DNA of 27,038 bases from Candidatus Bathyarchaeia archaeon. GTDB taxonomy: Archaea > Thermoproteota > Bathyarchaeia > Bathyarchaeales > Bathycorpusculaceae. The notes under the pieces were generated by a model that was not told where the DNA came from, ran no database searches, and saw only the letters and a program-made list of their open reading frames with translations. Of the stretch, positions 1 through 10,152 are shown in pieces. Within the stretch, counting starts at the first letter, position 1, and every line of letters begins with the position of its first letter. The stretch is taken from contig JBBFKZ010000022.1 in NCBI GenBank assembly GCA_037481775.1, forward strand, positions 1 to 27,038. Reading direction: 5' to 3'. Made by a program: the position numbers and the translations under genes.

Positions 1-2
1 GC

Positions 3-221
3 TTACTGCAAGATATTGAGGTTTCCTGCAAGGAGCTAGACTTTTTGGTGGATTTGGCGAGGGCTCAAGGTGCTTTCGGCGCAAAGCTTACCGGCGGCGG
101 TGGCGGCGGCTGCATGGTGGCGCTCACGCCGGGCAAGGAACTGCAGGAAAAGGTTGCACGCGCCATAGAACGCGAAGGCTTCGAGGTGCTGCGAACAAAA
201 ATTGGAGTTAAAAGGCTATAA
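3..221 (+). CDS. mvk: Mevalonate kinase, C-terminal part (runs off the 5' edge; missing from the ORF track)
   Basis: Frame 3 reads LLQDIEVSCKELDFLVDLARAQGAFGAKLTGGGGGGCMVAL...KRL, stop TAA 219-221. Contains the GHMP kinase motif GAKLTGxGxGG and lies directly upstream of MVA pathway genes. Confidence 0.85.
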   Translation, partial: LLQDIEVSCKELDFLVDLARAQGAFGAKLTGGGGGGCMVALTPGKELQEKVARAIEREGFEVLRTKIGVKRL

Positions 222-257
222 AGATAAATGCGCCTATTATGGGCAGAGGGTTGAGGT

Positions 258-1568
258 TTGGGTTTTAGAGGTTTTTTGGAGCAGCTTCGCGCAAGTGGAG
301 AGTTAACGTGCATCAGCAAGCCTGTGTCAACCGAGTATGAGATGGCTGGGATAATCGAGGCGCTCGGAGAAAAACCCGTATTCTTTGAGAAAGTCAAAGA
401 ATCCAGTATACCCGTTGTCGCAGGTCTTGTGTCTTCAAGAGAGCTGATAGCCCGCGCGTTAGGCATAAAAAAGGAACAACTGTTGCACAAGTTATCCAGC
501 GCCATAGAGCACCCAGAGCCGCCTGAAATCGTGGAGAAGGGCGAGTGCCAAGAAGTTGTCGAACGAGATGTTGATTTAACGAAGCTGCCGATTATGCGTT
601 ACACGGAGAAAGACGGCGGAAAATATATTGCCTCCGCCGTAGCTATAGTCCGCGACCCCGAGTTTAAAGCGCGGAACATGTGCTTCCACAGGCTGATGCT
701 GCTTGACAAAACACGCTTTGTAGCGCGAATCGTTGAGAACCGGGGCACCGACACCGCGCTCAAGAAGGCTGGCGGAGAACTTGACATAGCCATCTGTATA
801 GGTAACTCAACTGCTGTTCTCCTTGCGGCTGCCACTTCGCTGCCAATGGGTGTCGACGAGTTGGGCATGGCTAACGCACTGGAGAAAACCCAGCTGGTCA
901 AATGCAAAACCGTCGACTTGGAAGTCCCTAAAGACTGTGAAATAGTGCTTGAAGGAAGGATAACCAAGGAAAAAGCACAGGAAGGCCCCTTCCTGGATCT
1001 GACCGGGATAGTTGACAAGGTAAGGCAGCAGCCAGTAATCGAAATCAAGTGCATAACGCATAGGCGAAATCCGATTTACCAGACAATACTCGCCGGCAGA
1101 AACGAGCATAAGTTCTTGATGGGCATGCCTAAGGAACCTACAATTTTCAACGAAGTAAACAAAGTCTGCGAATGCAAAGACGTTTACATAACACCTGGCG
1201 GCTGCAGCTGGCTCCACGCGGTTGTCCAAATAAAAAAGCGCAACCCAGACGACGGGAAAAAAGCTATTGAAGCAGCTTTCAGAGGACATGGCTCGCTGAA
1301 GCACGTTGTCATAGTGGACGAGGACATAAACATTTACGACCCACATGATGTAGAGTGGGCAATTGCAACACGCTTCCAAGCAGACAAAAACGCGGTTATA
1401 CTGCCAAACCAGCCGGGCTCATCGCTGGACCCGTCGGGCGACTTAACCGAAGGAAAGAAAGCGACTACGTGCAAAATGGGCTTGGACGCGACAATACCGC
1501 TTGCGGCAACAGGCAAGGGCTTCGTGAAAGAAGCCTATAAAAAAGTGGACTTAAACAAGTTTCTGTGA
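258..1568 (+). CDS. UbiD-family prFMN decarboxylase, probable trans-anhydromevalonate 5-phosphate decarboxylase
   Basis: UbiD motifs (DLTKLPI, EIVLEG, EGPFLDLTG, VVIVDEDINIYD, WAIATR, SSLDPS, KMGLDAT). Sits between mvk and the AcnX genes. TTG start. Confidence 0.88.
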   Translation: MGFRGFLEQLRASGELTCISKPVSTEYEMAGIIEALGEKPVFFEKVKESSIPVVAGLVSSRELIARALGIKKEQLLHKLSSAIEHPEPPEIVEKGECQEVVERDVDLTKLPIMRYTEKDGGKYIASAVAIVRDPEFKARNMCFHRLMLLDKTRFVARIVENRGTDTALKKAGGELDIAICIGNSTAVLLAAATSLPMGVDELGMANALEKTQLVKCKTVDLEVPKDCEIVLEGRITKEKAQEGPFLDLTGIVDKVRQQPVIEIKCITHRRNPIYQTILAGRNEHKFLMGMPKEPTIFNEVNKVCECKDVYITPGGCSWLHAVVQIKKRNPDDGKKAIEAAFRGHGSLKHVVIVDEDINIYDPHDVEWAIATRFQADKNAVILPNQPGSSLDPSGDLTEGKKATTCKMGLDATIPLAATGKGFVKEAYKKVDLNKFL

Positions 1569-1574
1569 TCACGG

Positions 1575-2771
1575 ATGTACCTCACAAAAGAAGAGCAGAG
1601 AATGCTGGACGGCGAAGAAGGCTACGCCGTAAAGAAAAGCATGGAGATACTTGTTGCCCTCGGCGAAATCTACGGCGCTGAACGCCTGATAAAAGTGGGC
1701 TCCGTCCAAGTAGCTGGCGTCTCATACCACAACCTTGGAGACGCGGGACTGGACTTTCTGAACGAGCTGGCAAAGGACGGCAAAGTCAAAGTGCTCACTA
1801 CGCTGAATCCGGCGGGCATGGATCTAGAGAATTGGCGGCAGCTCGGCATCAGCGAAGACTTCGCGAAAAAACAGGAGATGGTTATACAAGCCTTTGAGAA
1901 AATGGGCATACTTGTTTCCTGCACATGCACGCCCTACCTAATCGGTAACCTGCCACGCTACGGCGAGCATGTCGCGTGGTCAGAGTCGTCTGCTGTCACA
2001 TTCGCCAACTCGGTTCTCGGCGCAAAAACTAACCGTGAAGGCGGGCCGTCAGCGCTTGCAGCAGCCTTCGTCGGCAAAACGCCATGCTACGGGCTGCACT
2101 TGGACGAGAACCGCGTGCCAAACATCCACGTGAAAGTTGACGCAGCCCTAACCAAGTTTTCAGACTGGGGCGCACTCGGCTACGCCATAGGGAAAAAGGC
2201 GGAAAACAAAATCCCATACATTACAGGCATAAAAGAAGCGGAATTAGACGAGTTGAAGTCTTTCTGCGCTTCAGTTGTAACCTACGGTGCTAAACCGCTT
2301 TTCTACATGGACGGCATAACACCCGGTGCTGAACGCTGGTCAGTGCCGAAGGACACTGTCACAATCGAGCAGCGTGACATCCAAGAGGCCTATGAACGAA
2401 TCAACGATGACGTCAGCGACATCGATTTCGTCTGCATCGGCTGCCCCCACTGCTCGATTAAGGAAATAGCGGAAATAGCCCGCTTGCTGGAGGACAAAAA
2501 AATTGCGGCTAACACTGAATTTTGGGTTGCAACCTCCCGTTCGGTGAAGCAGCTTGCGGATAAGCGCGGCTACACTGCAATAATTGAGCAGGCTGGCGGC
2601 AAATTCGCATGCGATACTTGCATGGCTGTGGCGCCGCTTAAGGGCCGATTCAAAGCTTTGGCTACGACATCCGCGAAGGGCTGCTTCTATTCAAGGCAGA
2701 ATGGCATGAAAACCAAAATGGGCAGTATAGAAGAGTGCATAGAAGCGGCGGTGACTGGAAAATGGAGTTAA
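1575..2771 (+). CDS. Phosphomevalonate dehydratase large subunit (aconitase X, DUF521)
   Basis: MYLTKEE..MLDGEEG start, TTLNPAG, CTCTPY, AWSESSA, TNREGGP, GCPH and DTC Fe-S ligand motifs. Followed by the small subunit. Confidence 0.9.
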   Translation: MYLTKEEQRMLDGEEGYAVKKSMEILVALGEIYGAERLIKVGSVQVAGVSYHNLGDAGLDFLNELAKDGKVKVLTTLNPAGMDLENWRQLGISEDFAKKQEMVIQAFEKMGILVSCTCTPYLIGNLPRYGEHVAWSESSAVTFANSVLGAKTNREGGPSALAAAFVGKTPCYGLHLDENRVPNIHVKVDAALTKFSDWGALGYAIGKKAENKIPYITGIKEAELDELKSFCASVVTYGAKPLFYMDGITPGAERWSVPKDTVTIEQRDIQEAYERINDDVSDIDFVCIGCPHCSIKEIAEIARLLEDKKIAANTEFWVATSRSVKQLADKRGYTAIIEQAGGKFACDTCMAVAPLKGRFKALATTSAKGCFYSRQNGMKTKMGSIEECIEAAVTGKWS

Positions 2772-3151
2772 AGGGCAGAATAATTTTCAAGGGCAAGGCT
2801 GAAGGCGAAGCCTTGGTGACTAAGCAGCCAATCTCCTTCTATGGGGGAGTAGACCCGAACACGGGTGAAGTAATCGAGAAGGATCATGAGCTGAAGGGAC
2901 AAAGTGTCAAGGGCAAGATTCTTGTTTTCCCAACGGGGAAAGGCTCCACCGTAGGCTCATACACGCTGTATCGGATGAGGAAGAATGGCACGGCACCCGC
3001 GGGAATCATCAACCGAGAATGCGAAACCATAGTCGCCGTCGGCGCCATAATCTCCGAGATACCCTGCGTTGACAAAGTGGACATCTCAAAAATAAAGACG
3101 GGCGACAGGATGCGCATAGAAAACGGCACAGTCACCTTAATAAAAAACTAA
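2762..3151 (+). CDS. Phosphomevalonate dehydratase small subunit (AcnX swivel domain, DUF126)
   Basis: [31 protein letters not shown] motifs. Start moved to ATG 2762 (MELKGR), which overlaps the large-subunit end. Confidence 0.9.
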   Translation: MELKGRIIFKGKAEGEALVTKQPISFYGGVDPNTGEVIEKDHELKGQSVKGKILVFPTGKGSTVGSYTLYRMRKNGTAPAGIINRECETIVAVGAIISEIPCVDKVDISKIKTGDRMRIENGTVTLIKN

Positions 3152-3165
3152 TTTGACAATCAACA

Positions 3166-3984
3166 ATGGAAAGTGTATCAGAATTGGATAAGACGAAACC
3201 GACAATCTTGAAAATCGGCGGCTCCGTGATAACCGACAAAAACGGTGAACTCGCCGCCAGAACCGAAGCTATAAACCGGTTGGCAGAAGAAATTCAGAAG
3301 GCGAACGTGCAGCGTTTGGTGATAGTGCATGGTGGCGGAAGCTTCGGCCATCCAACAGCCCAAAAATACGGAATAAAAGAGGGTTTACGTGAGGACGCGC
3401 AGAAAATCGGATTCGCGGAAACCCACCATGTTATGACCGTGCTTAATGGTTTAGTGATGGATTCTCTAGTGTGGCACAGCATCCCAGCCGTAAGCGTCAC
3501 ACCCTCATCATGCATAATAACTGAGAACGGCAGAATCAAAACCTTCGACGACACTGCATTAAAGCGGCTGCTTGCCATGGACTTTGTTCCAGTGCTATAT
3601 GGCGACGCAGTTTTAGACGAGACGCTGGGTTTCACCATACTCAGCGGCGACCAGCTTGTGGCGTATTTGGCGCTGAAGCTTAACGCGGCACGGGTAGTGA
3701 TAGGCGTAGATACAGACGGCTTGTATGACGCGGATCCAAAAACGGCAAAGAACGCCAAACTATATACGCGTCTGACGCTAAGCGAACTTGAGAAGATTAA
3801 GTCGAAGTTGGCGGGTTCCAGCGGAGTTGATGTTACGGGCGGCATGCTTGGCAAAATAAACGAGCTTATCCCGGTCATGGCACAGGGAATTCCAGTTTCC
3901 ATTGTGAACGCGGCGAAGCCGAATCGCACTTATAAGATGCTTATCGGCGGCTCGGTAGAAGGCACGCTTATAGAGAAGGAATAA
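3166..3984 (+). CDS. ipk: Isopentenyl phosphate kinase
   Basis: Amino-acid-kinase fold: LKIGGSVITDK, VHGGGSFGH (IPK-specific His), ILSGD, DVTGGM. Lies upstream of fni. Confidence 0.92.
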   Translation: MESVSELDKTKPTILKIGGSVITDKNGELAARTEAINRLAEEIQKANVQRLVIVHGGGSFGHPTAQKYGIKEGLREDAQKIGFAETHHVMTVLNGLVMDSLVWHSIPAVSVTPSSCIITENGRIKTFDDTALKRLLAMDFVPVLYGDAVLDETLGFTILSGDQLVAYLALKLNAARVVIGVDTDGLYDADPKTAKNAKLYTRLTLSELEKIKSKLAGSSGVDVTGGMLGKINELIPVMAQGIPVSIVNAAKPNRTYKMLIGGSVEGTLIEKE

Positions 3985-3986
3985 AC

Positions 3987-5090
3987 TTGGCAGAGGAAAC
4001 CGCAAAGCGCAAGGCAGATCACATCAAAATCTGCCTAAACGAGAAAGCGCAGGCAAGAAAAGCCACTGCAGGGTTTGAAGACATACAGCTTATCCACCGT
4101 GCTCTGCCTGAAGTGGACAAGGCGCAGATTGATTTATCAACAACCGTTTTTGGCTATAGGTTTTCTGCACCGTTAATTGTGGGCGCCATGACAGGCGGCA
4201 CAGCAGAGGCAACGCGGATAAACGCCGCCATAGCTGAAGCCGCGGAGCAACTGCATTTGGGCATGGGTGTTGGGAGTCAAAGAGCCGCTATAGAAGACGC
4301 AAAGCTTGCGGAAACCTTTGCCATAGCGAGAAAAAAGGCGCCGACTGCCTTCTTAATCGCCAACATCGGCGGCGTCCAGCTTGTTCACGGTTATGGCGTA
4401 AAAGAAGTAAAGAAAACCATTGAAATGATAGACGCTGATGCAGTGGCCATCCACCTAAACGCGCTGCAGGAAGCTGTTCAACCCGAAGGGCAAACAAACT
4501 TTAAGGGGGTTCTCGCCAAAATCAGCGAGATTGCAGCGGCAATCGACAAGCCTATCATCGTGAAGGAAACAGGCGCCGGCATCGCTGCAGAAGACGCGAA
4601 GAAGCTGGAAGCCGCAGGAGTAAAAGCAATAGACATCGGCGGGGCAGGAGGAACAAGCTTTGCGGCAGTAGAATATTACCGCGCAAGAGGACACGAAGCA
4701 AGCATACAGCACTTTTTGGGCGATGCCTTCTGGGACTGGGGAATCCCAACAGTGGTAAGCCTCATAGAGACAACCAGAGTAGTTAAGATGCCTGTTATAG
4801 CTTCAGGCGGCCTGCGCAGCGGCATGGACATGGCTAAAGCGCTAGCGCTCAATGCTTCGTTAACAAGTGTTTCTCAGCCAGTGCTGCAAGCCGCAGTTAA
4901 AAGCGGCCGAGATGTGGCAAGCATGCTTTCATGTTTCATAGAGGAATTGCGGAACGTCATGTTCCTTGTAGGCGCGGAAAACGTACAGAAACTGGCGAAG
5001 ACGCCGGTTGTGATTACGGGAAAAACTGCGGAATGGCTAAAGGCAAGAGGCTTTAATGTGGAAGCCTATGCCAAGAGAGGCGTATGTTGA
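3987..5090 (+). CDS. fni: Type 2 isopentenyl-diphosphate delta-isomerase (FMN-dependent)
   Basis: RKADH, AMTGG, GVGSQR, HLNALQEAVQPEG, VKETG, GAGGTS, WGIPT, ASGG. TTG start. Confidence 0.95.
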   Translation: MAEETAKRKADHIKICLNEKAQARKATAGFEDIQLIHRALPEVDKAQIDLSTTVFGYRFSAPLIVGAMTGGTAEATRINAAIAEAAEQLHLGMGVGSQRAAIEDAKLAETFAIARKKAPTAFLIANIGGVQLVHGYGVKEVKKTIEMIDADAVAIHLNALQEAVQPEGQTNFKGVLAKISEIAAAIDKPIIVKETGAGIAAEDAKKLEAAGVKAIDIGGAGGTSFAAVEYYRARGHEASIQHFLGDAFWDWGIPTVVSLIETTRVVKMPVIASGGLRSGMDMAKALALNASLTSVSQPVLQAAVKSGRDVASMLSCFIEELRNVMFLVGAENVQKLAKTPVVITGKTAEWLKARGFNVEAYAKRGVC

Positions 5091-5091
5091 G

Positions 5092-6162
5092 ATGAATATA
5101 GAAAAATTTCTTGAAGAAACAGCTCCGCGGATAGATAAGACGATTGAAAAGTATATCCCTAGAAAATTCTCTGAGCATGCTGTTCTCTTCAAAGTCAACC
5201 CGCCCCAGTACAGCTTCAATTTGGAGGCTCTGAACAGGGGCGTCGCCGAGCCCATCTGGGACATGCTTGATAGAGGCGGAAAAAGATGGCGCCCAGCGCT
5301 TTTCCTGCTAATCTGCGAGGCGTTAGGTAAGAATCCTGAAGACTGCTTGGACTTCGCCATTATCCCCGAAGTCGTGCACAACGGCACGCTCATAATCGAT
5401 GACATCGAAGACGCTTCGGAGCTTCGACGTGGGAAACCCTGCACATACAAGCTTTTCGGCGTAGACATCGCGGTTAACGCTGGAAACGCCATGTATTATC
5501 TGCCGCTTCTGCCGCTGATGGCGAAGAAGGCGGAATTGCCGGCGGAAACCGTCAGGGACATCTACGAGATTTACGCTGGGGAAATGATAAACCTCAGCAT
5601 GGGGCAAGCGATGGACATAGCGTGGCATAGAGGCATAGCCAACGCTGACAAGCTAAACGAGCAAGATTACCTGCAGATGTGCGCTTACAAGACAGGCACC
5701 TTAGCGCGGATGGCCGCAAAAATCGCCTCTGTTCTCGCCGGCGCCAGCAAAGAGTTGGTGGAAAAGCTTGGTCATTATGCTGAAAGCATCGGTGTAGCCT
5801 TCCAGATGCAAGACGACGTTCTGGATTTGACCGGCAAGAAGTTTGCGGAGAAAAAGGGCGGTGTTGGACAGGACATCACTGAAGGAAAAAGAACGCTGCT
5901 GGTCATCTACATGCTGAAGAAGGCAAACAGCGCTGACAGGAAGCGTCTAATTCAGATTCTCAACATGCACACTTCAGACCAAGCGCTACGCAACGAAGCC
6001 ATCGCGTTGATGCAGAAATACGGCGCCATAGACTACGTGAAGCACACAGCGGCGCGTATAGTGGAAGAAAGCTGGAATGAAGTGGACAAGCTTCTGCCTG
6101 CTTCAGAGGCTAAGGAAAAATTAAAAGCGTTCGCTGAATTTCTGATTAAAAGAACCATATAA
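5092..6162 (+). CDS. idsA: Geranylgeranyl diphosphate synthase / polyprenyl synthetase
   Basis: GGKRWRP, LIIDDIED..ELRRG (FARM), GQAMD, KTG, FQMQDDVLD (SARM), DITEGK. Start moved to ATG 5092, just after the fni stop. Confidence 0.9.
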   Translation: MNIEKFLEETAPRIDKTIEKYIPRKFSEHAVLFKVNPPQYSFNLEALNRGVAEPIWDMLDRGGKRWRPALFLLICEALGKNPEDCLDFAIIPEVVHNGTLIIDDIEDASELRRGKPCTYKLFGVDIAVNAGNAMYYLPLLPLMAKKAELPAETVRDIYEIYAGEMINLSMGQAMDIAWHRGIANADKLNEQDYLQMCAYKTGTLARMAAKIASVLAGASKELVEKLGHYAESIGVAFQMQDDVLDLTGKKFAEKKGGVGQDITEGKRTLLVIYMLKKANSADRKRLIQILNMHTSDQALRNEAIALMQKYGAIDYVKHTAARIVEESWNEVDKLLPASEAKEKLKAFAEFLIKRTI

Positions 6163-6184
6163 ACTCAAAAGAGCGTTAAAACCT

Positions 6185-7942
6185 GTGACGTTGGAAAATG
6201 ATTCAGCCCTCCGAGAGCTCATTCTAAAAGTTGCTTTATTGAACGCGCTGCAACATGATGGCAAGGCCCAGATGGGCGCGATCATAGGTAAAGTCATCGG
6301 CGAGAGAAAGGACTTGAAAACCCAAGCGAAAGAGTTGTCCAGCTTAATCAGCAAAGTAGTCAACGAGGTTAACAGCCTTTCCCTTGACGAGCAGAAGCGC
6401 AAGGTTGAAGAGAAATGGCCTGAAGCACTTAAGAAGGAGAAAGCATCCGAAGCAGAAAAGCAGCTTCCTCCGTTACCGAACGTGGATAAGTATGCGCAGG
6501 TGGTAACGCGTTTTTCGCCGAACCCTGATTGTGTCCTGCACTTGGGCTCGGCTAGAGCAATAATACTAAGCCACGAATACGCACGCTTGTATAAAGGCCG
6601 CTTTATCCTGCGCTTCGAGGACACGGATCCAAAGGTGAAGAAGCCTGTTTTGGAATTCTACGAGCGCATCAGAGAAGACCTTGCGTGGCTTGGCTGCAAA
6701 ATTGATGAGGAATATATCCAAAGCGATAGGCTGCCCGTCTACTACAAGTACGCTGAGCAGCTTCTTCGCGAAGGAAACGCCTACGTCTGCGTCTGCCAGC
6801 CCGAGCAGTTCAGGAAGCGCATTTTGAAGAGCACGCCGTGCAGTTGCCGCGATCTCTCGCCTGAGGAGCAGCTGGAGCGATGGCGGCTTATGCTGGAAGG
6901 CGGCTATAGCGAGGGCCAAGCGGTAGTGCGCGTTAAAACCGATCTAACGCATCCGAATCCCGCGGTGCGCGATTGGCCAGCGCTTCGAATCATCGACACG
7001 GAAAAGTATCCGCACCCGCGGGTAGGCAGCAAATTCCGCGTCTGGCCCTTATACAACATGGCTGCAGGCATAGACGATCACTTAATGGGCGTGACACATG
7101 TAATCCGCGGCAAAGAGCACTTGACAAATCAGGTGCGGCAAGAATACATGTATAAGCATCTGGGCTGGAGCTATCCAGAGGCTATACACTATGGCCGGCT
7201 GAAGATAACAGGCGCTTTCTTGAGCAAATCGAAAATTGTGCAGGGCATGCGTGAGGGTATCTACAGGGGCTGGGATGACCCGCGATTGGCAACTTTTGCA
7301 GCGCTAAGGAAGCGCGGGATAACGCCGGCAGCCATTAAGAAGATGATAATTGATGTTGGACCTAAAACTGCAGATGTAACGTTAAGTTGGGAGAACCTTT
7401 ACGCTTACAACCGCAAACTTCTGGATCCGCAAAGCGACAGATACTTCTTTGTATCCGAGCCAGTTGAGCTAAGGGTCAAAAATGTTCCAAACACGCTCAC
7501 AGTTAAACTTCCGCTGCATCCGGAGAAGCCTGAAGGGGGGTTTAGAGAATACTCCTTAACATCCGAAGGAAAAGACTCCGCAGCGTGCTTCTGGATTGCA
7601 AAGAAGGATGCGGAGGCCGCAAAAATGGGAGAAATGCTTAGGCTCATGGAACTCTTTAACGTCAAAATAGAAAGCGCGACGGCTAACTCGCTGGAAGCAC
7701 AGTTTGCCAGCACAGCATATGAGGATGCGAGAAAGGCTAAAGCTAAGCTTATTCACTGGATATTAAAAGGCAAAGAAGTTCCATGCAAAGTAGTTATGCC
7801 AGACGCTGCTATAAGCAGTGGTTTCGCAGAAAGCGCTTGCAAAAGGTTAAAGCCAGACACCATAATACAGTTTGAACGGTTCGGCTTCGTTCGCATAGAC
7901 AAAAACGATACGGAACTGGTGGTTTACTATGCCCACAAATAG
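6185..7942 (+). CDS. gltX: Glutamate--tRNA ligase (archaeal type)
   Basis: TRFSPNP, HLGS (HIGH-like), LRFEDTDP, THVIRGKEH, LSKS, WDDPRL, QFERFGF. Confidence 0.96.
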   Translation: MTLENDSALRELILKVALLNALQHDGKAQMGAIIGKVIGERKDLKTQAKELSSLISKVVNEVNSLSLDEQKRKVEEKWPEALKKEKASEAEKQLPPLPNVDKYAQVVTRFSPNPDCVLHLGSARAIILSHEYARLYKGRFILRFEDTDPKVKKPVLEFYERIREDLAWLGCKIDEEYIQSDRLPVYYKYAEQLLREGNAYVCVCQPEQFRKRILKSTPCSCRDLSPEEQLERWRLMLEGGYSEGQAVVRVKTDLTHPNPAVRDWPALRIIDTEKYPHPRVGSKFRVWPLYNMAAGIDDHLMGVTHVIRGKEHLTNQVRQEYMYKHLGWSYPEAIHYGRLKITGAFLSKSKIVQGMREGIYRGWDDPRLATFAALRKRGITPAAIKKMIIDVGPKTADVTLSWENLYAYNRKLLDPQSDRYFFVSEPVELRVKNVPNTLTVKLPLHPEKPEGGFREYSLTSEGKDSAACFWIAKKDAEAAKMGEMLRLMELFNVKIESATANSLEAQFASTAYEDARKAKAKLIHWILKGKEVPCKVVMPDAAISSGFAESACKRLKPDTIIQFERFGFVRIDKNDTELVVYYAHK

Positions 7943-7950
7943 CCGAGAGT

Positions 7951-8259
7951 GTGAATGAAGTGCGGAAGCAAGAGAAATTCGTAATCTGGCCCGCCTACTT
8001 TGACCAGACTAAAACAAGAAAAGAAGGTCGCCGTGTCCCCAAAACTTTAGCTGTGCCAAATCCCAAAATCGCCGACATCGCCACGGCTATGTCTCAAGCC
8101 GGTTTAAAGCATGAGTTAGTTGCTGATGCTGCGTATCCGAAGACACCGTGGCTTAAGACTGGGCTGATAATGGTTGAAAAGAAAGGCTCAAAAGAGCAGA
8201 TTATACGTAAAGTTGCAAAACAACTTTTGAAGATAAGAAGTGAAAAGCCCAAGCAATAG
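7951..8259 (+). CDS. srp19: Signal recognition particle 19 kDa protein
   Basis: IWPAYFD..KTRKEGRRVPK.LAV.NP and AYPKTPW motifs. Start may be GTG 7960. Confidence 0.93.
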   Translation: MNEVRKQEKFVIWPAYFDQTKTRKEGRRVPKTLAVPNPKIADIATAMSQAGLKHELVADAAYPKTPWLKTGLIMVEKKGSKEQIIRKVAKQLLKIRSEKPKQ

Positions 8260-8269
8260 TAGTGGCGGT

Positions 8270-8668
8270 TTAGCTTTTTTCTTCTTTGTCAATTAGAACG
8301 GCGTTTATGACTCCGTCGCTGCCGGGGCTAGAAGTAACGCGGGCTATGCCAAGTGAGGTTTCTATCTCAGCGCCTTTGGTTATTACGCCTCTTCGGTTAT
8401 AATCTACGTTAGCTAGGTTTCTGACAACACGCAGAATCTCTACTTTCTCAGTTTTACCCGTTTTCGGATCCGTGACGCATGCGTATTTTTCGCTTAAGAC
8501 CTTAACTTTAACTTGGCCGCCACGCCCTCTTACAATGCGCCTTTTAGGCTCGCCGACAATGGTTTCTGCTGGGAAACCTCCCATCTCGAACTTTCTTTTA
8601 CCTCGGTAAGCGTGCTTCTTACCGCCTGTGCGCTTTCTTTTGAGTAAACTACCATGCCAAACTGACAT
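8270..8668 (-). CDS. rps8e: 30S ribosomal protein S8e
   Basis: KRTGGK, RKFEMG, RGRGG, RRGVITKGA, ARVTSSPGSDGVINAVLI. Confidence 0.96.
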   Translation of the reverse strand: MSVWHGSLLKRKRTGGKKHAYRGKRKFEMGGFPAETIVGEPKRRIVRGRGGQVKVKVLSEKYACVTDPKTGKTEKVEILRVVRNLANVDYNRRGVITKGAEIETSLGIARVTSSPGSDGVINAVLIDKEEKS

Positions 8669-8726
8669 TTCTATTTCCCTTTTTAAACTATTAACCCTAA
8701 GTGTTCTCTACAACCGCTATTTTGTC

Positions 8727-8733
8727 ATATAAA
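8727..8733 (-). promoter_or_regulatory. Candidate TATA box for rps8e
   Basis: TTTATAT on the minus strand, about 60 nt upstream of the ATG. Confidence 0.4.
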
Positions 8734-8818
8734 CATATCCATTTGTAGGCGATTAATAGCCCATCTTCAACAAGCCCTTTAAAGGCGAACCATCTCTTCT
8801 ATGGGCAAGAGCAGAAAT

Positions 8819-8832
8819 AAAAAAGGAAAAAA
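8819..8832 (-). terminator. Oligo-U terminator downstream of the DUF996 gene
   Basis: TTTTTTCCTTTTTT on the minus strand, 15 nt after the stop codon. Confidence 0.5.
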
Positions 8833-8847
8833 GGATGCGTTATTTTC

Positions 8848-9489
8848 TTACATTGGCGGCGGCGCTGGCGGTGGTACGGGTTGCGTTTGCTGTGGTTTTA
8901 TTTGGAAGAAGGCTGCGGCCAGCAGCAAAAGTCCTATCCATATTAGGAGAGCGCCGATGAGCATGGCTACCAGTAGCACTGCGCCTATGAGCATCAGCAG
9001 CCCGGCTGTTGCGAACAATCCTACGCCTGTTTTTGCTGAAAGTGTTGTCAACGAGCGTCTTACGAAATAGAATGCGATTATGGCAAAGATCCAGAGGATA
9101 AGAAGCGTCGCGAAAAAGCCTGTTATGAATGGCATCACGGCGCTTACGTCTATATTTGATACATCCGGCGTTAATCCAGATAAAGCCGACCAATCACCAT
9201 TCCAGTCTGGATAGACCGTGTATAGAAAATCCGTCAAAGAGGATAGAACCAGAAGTATAAGCGTGCCTGCCGCTATTACTCCGCCAACTATGCCGGTTAT
9301 TAAACCGTAAAGTGCGTTGTTAAAAATGCCTTTTTCAGTATAATAGCTGGCTAAATTGTACAAAGAAACCATAACGAGTATTAAACCTACGAGTTCGATT
9401 ATGCCGTAGTAGCTGATGAAGGGTATGACGCCGAGGAACATTAGAATTGCGCCGACGCCGCCAAGCGTTTTGCTGGTTTCTATTTGCAT
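8848..9489 (-). CDS. DUF996-like membrane protein
   Basis: Multiple hydrophobic helices, KTLGGVGAIL start, LSAKTGVGLFATAGLL motif, Pro-rich C-terminal tail. Confidence 0.7.
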   Translation of the reverse strand: MQIETSKTLGGVGAILMFLGVIPFISYYGIIELVGLILVMVSLYNLASYYTEKGIFNNALYGLITGIVGGVIAAGTLILLVLSSLTDFLYTVYPDWNGDWSALSGLTPDVSNIDVSAVMPFITGFFATLLILWIFAIIAFYFVRRSLTTLSAKTGVGLFATAGLLMLIGAVLLVAMLIGALLIWIGLLLLAAAFFQIKPQQTQPVPPPAPPPM

Positions 9490-9588
9490 TTTCGTTTCCC
9501 TCAGAACATTCGTCTCAGTGTATTGTTAATAAAAGCTTTTTGCTATAGTTGTATGTTGTGGGCGGTTTGCTTGTAATTTGTGTGAGGA

Positions 9589-9915
9589 TTATTTGAGGTC
9601 TTTATTTTCAAGTTGCTCTTTGAGTATTACGTAATAGTTTTGGAGATATTCTTTGCCGGCGTCTGTGATTGTGTAGATTTTTCGTGCTCTTCCTTCGTGG
9701 GTTTGTTTTTGGCTTTTGAGGAAGCCTTTTCGTTCTAGGCTGTTGAGTGTGGGGTATAGTGCGCCGTGTCTGAGTTTTATTTTGAAGGTTGTTTCTATCT
9801 TCTTTTTGATCATGTAGCCCCATAGTGGCTGGGTTTGGACTATGCGCAATAGTTGGATGTCTAGTAGGTTTTTGATTATGCGTTGAACAAGTTCTTGTTG
9901 GTAGGTTTCTGCCAT
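9589..9915 (-). CDS. PadR-family transcriptional regulator
   Basis: LLDIQLL..PLWGY, GALYPTLNSLE.KG, RARKIYTITDAG winged-helix signature. Confidence 0.9.
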   Translation of the reverse strand: MAETYQQELVQRIIKNLLDIQLLRIVQTQPLWGYMIKKKIETTFKIKLRHGALYPTLNSLERKGFLKSQKQTHEGRARKIYTITDAGKEYLQNYYVILKEQLENKDLK

Positions 9916-10075
9916 GATTTTTCCCTGTTTGGGTGGTTTATGCTGGATTTTTTTCTGTTTTGGTTTATTTAATTTATGTTAGATTGCTGTTTGCTGTATT
10001 GTTTGGTTATGCTTTCTTATGCTTGTGGTATGTATGAACATTTATATTTGTGTTTAGGCTGTATAGAGATACGAT

Positions 10076-10097
10076 ATATGTCCAATAATGGACATAT
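10076..10097. promoter_or_regulatory. Palindromic operator candidate (ATGT-N10-ACAT, PadR-like)
   Basis: ATATGTCCA-ATAA-TGGACATAT: a perfect 9-bp inverted repeat between two divergent PadR genes. Confidence 0.6.
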
Positions 10098-10152
10098 TGT
10101 ATACAAGTCCAACAGAAAAACTGTTAAACACAAAAACAGAAGGAACAAAAAA

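Noticed and set aside
65-7756. Numerous antisense and alternate-frame ORFs over the MVA operon and gltX
   Set aside because: They overlap well-supported genes and have no recognisable motifs.
8759-8806. Hairpin GCCCAT...ATGGGC with an inner GCCCTTTAAAGGC near-palindrome; considered as an H/ACA sRNA or SRP RNA
   Set aside because: No ACA box or clear K-turn, and far too short for SRP RNA.
8801-9193. ORFs 8801-9070 (+) and 8840-9193 (-)
   Set aside because: Shadow or alternate frames of the DUF996 gene.
9976-10152. 59-aa N-terminal extension of the + strand PadR in the ORF track
   Set aside because: Low-complexity Cys/Tyr-rich then Lys/Asn-rich translation of skewed intergenic DNA that contains the operator.
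9916-10152. Replication origin at the skew switch
   Set aside because: No ORB-like G-string repeats and no cdc6/orc1 gene nearby; the skew is local.
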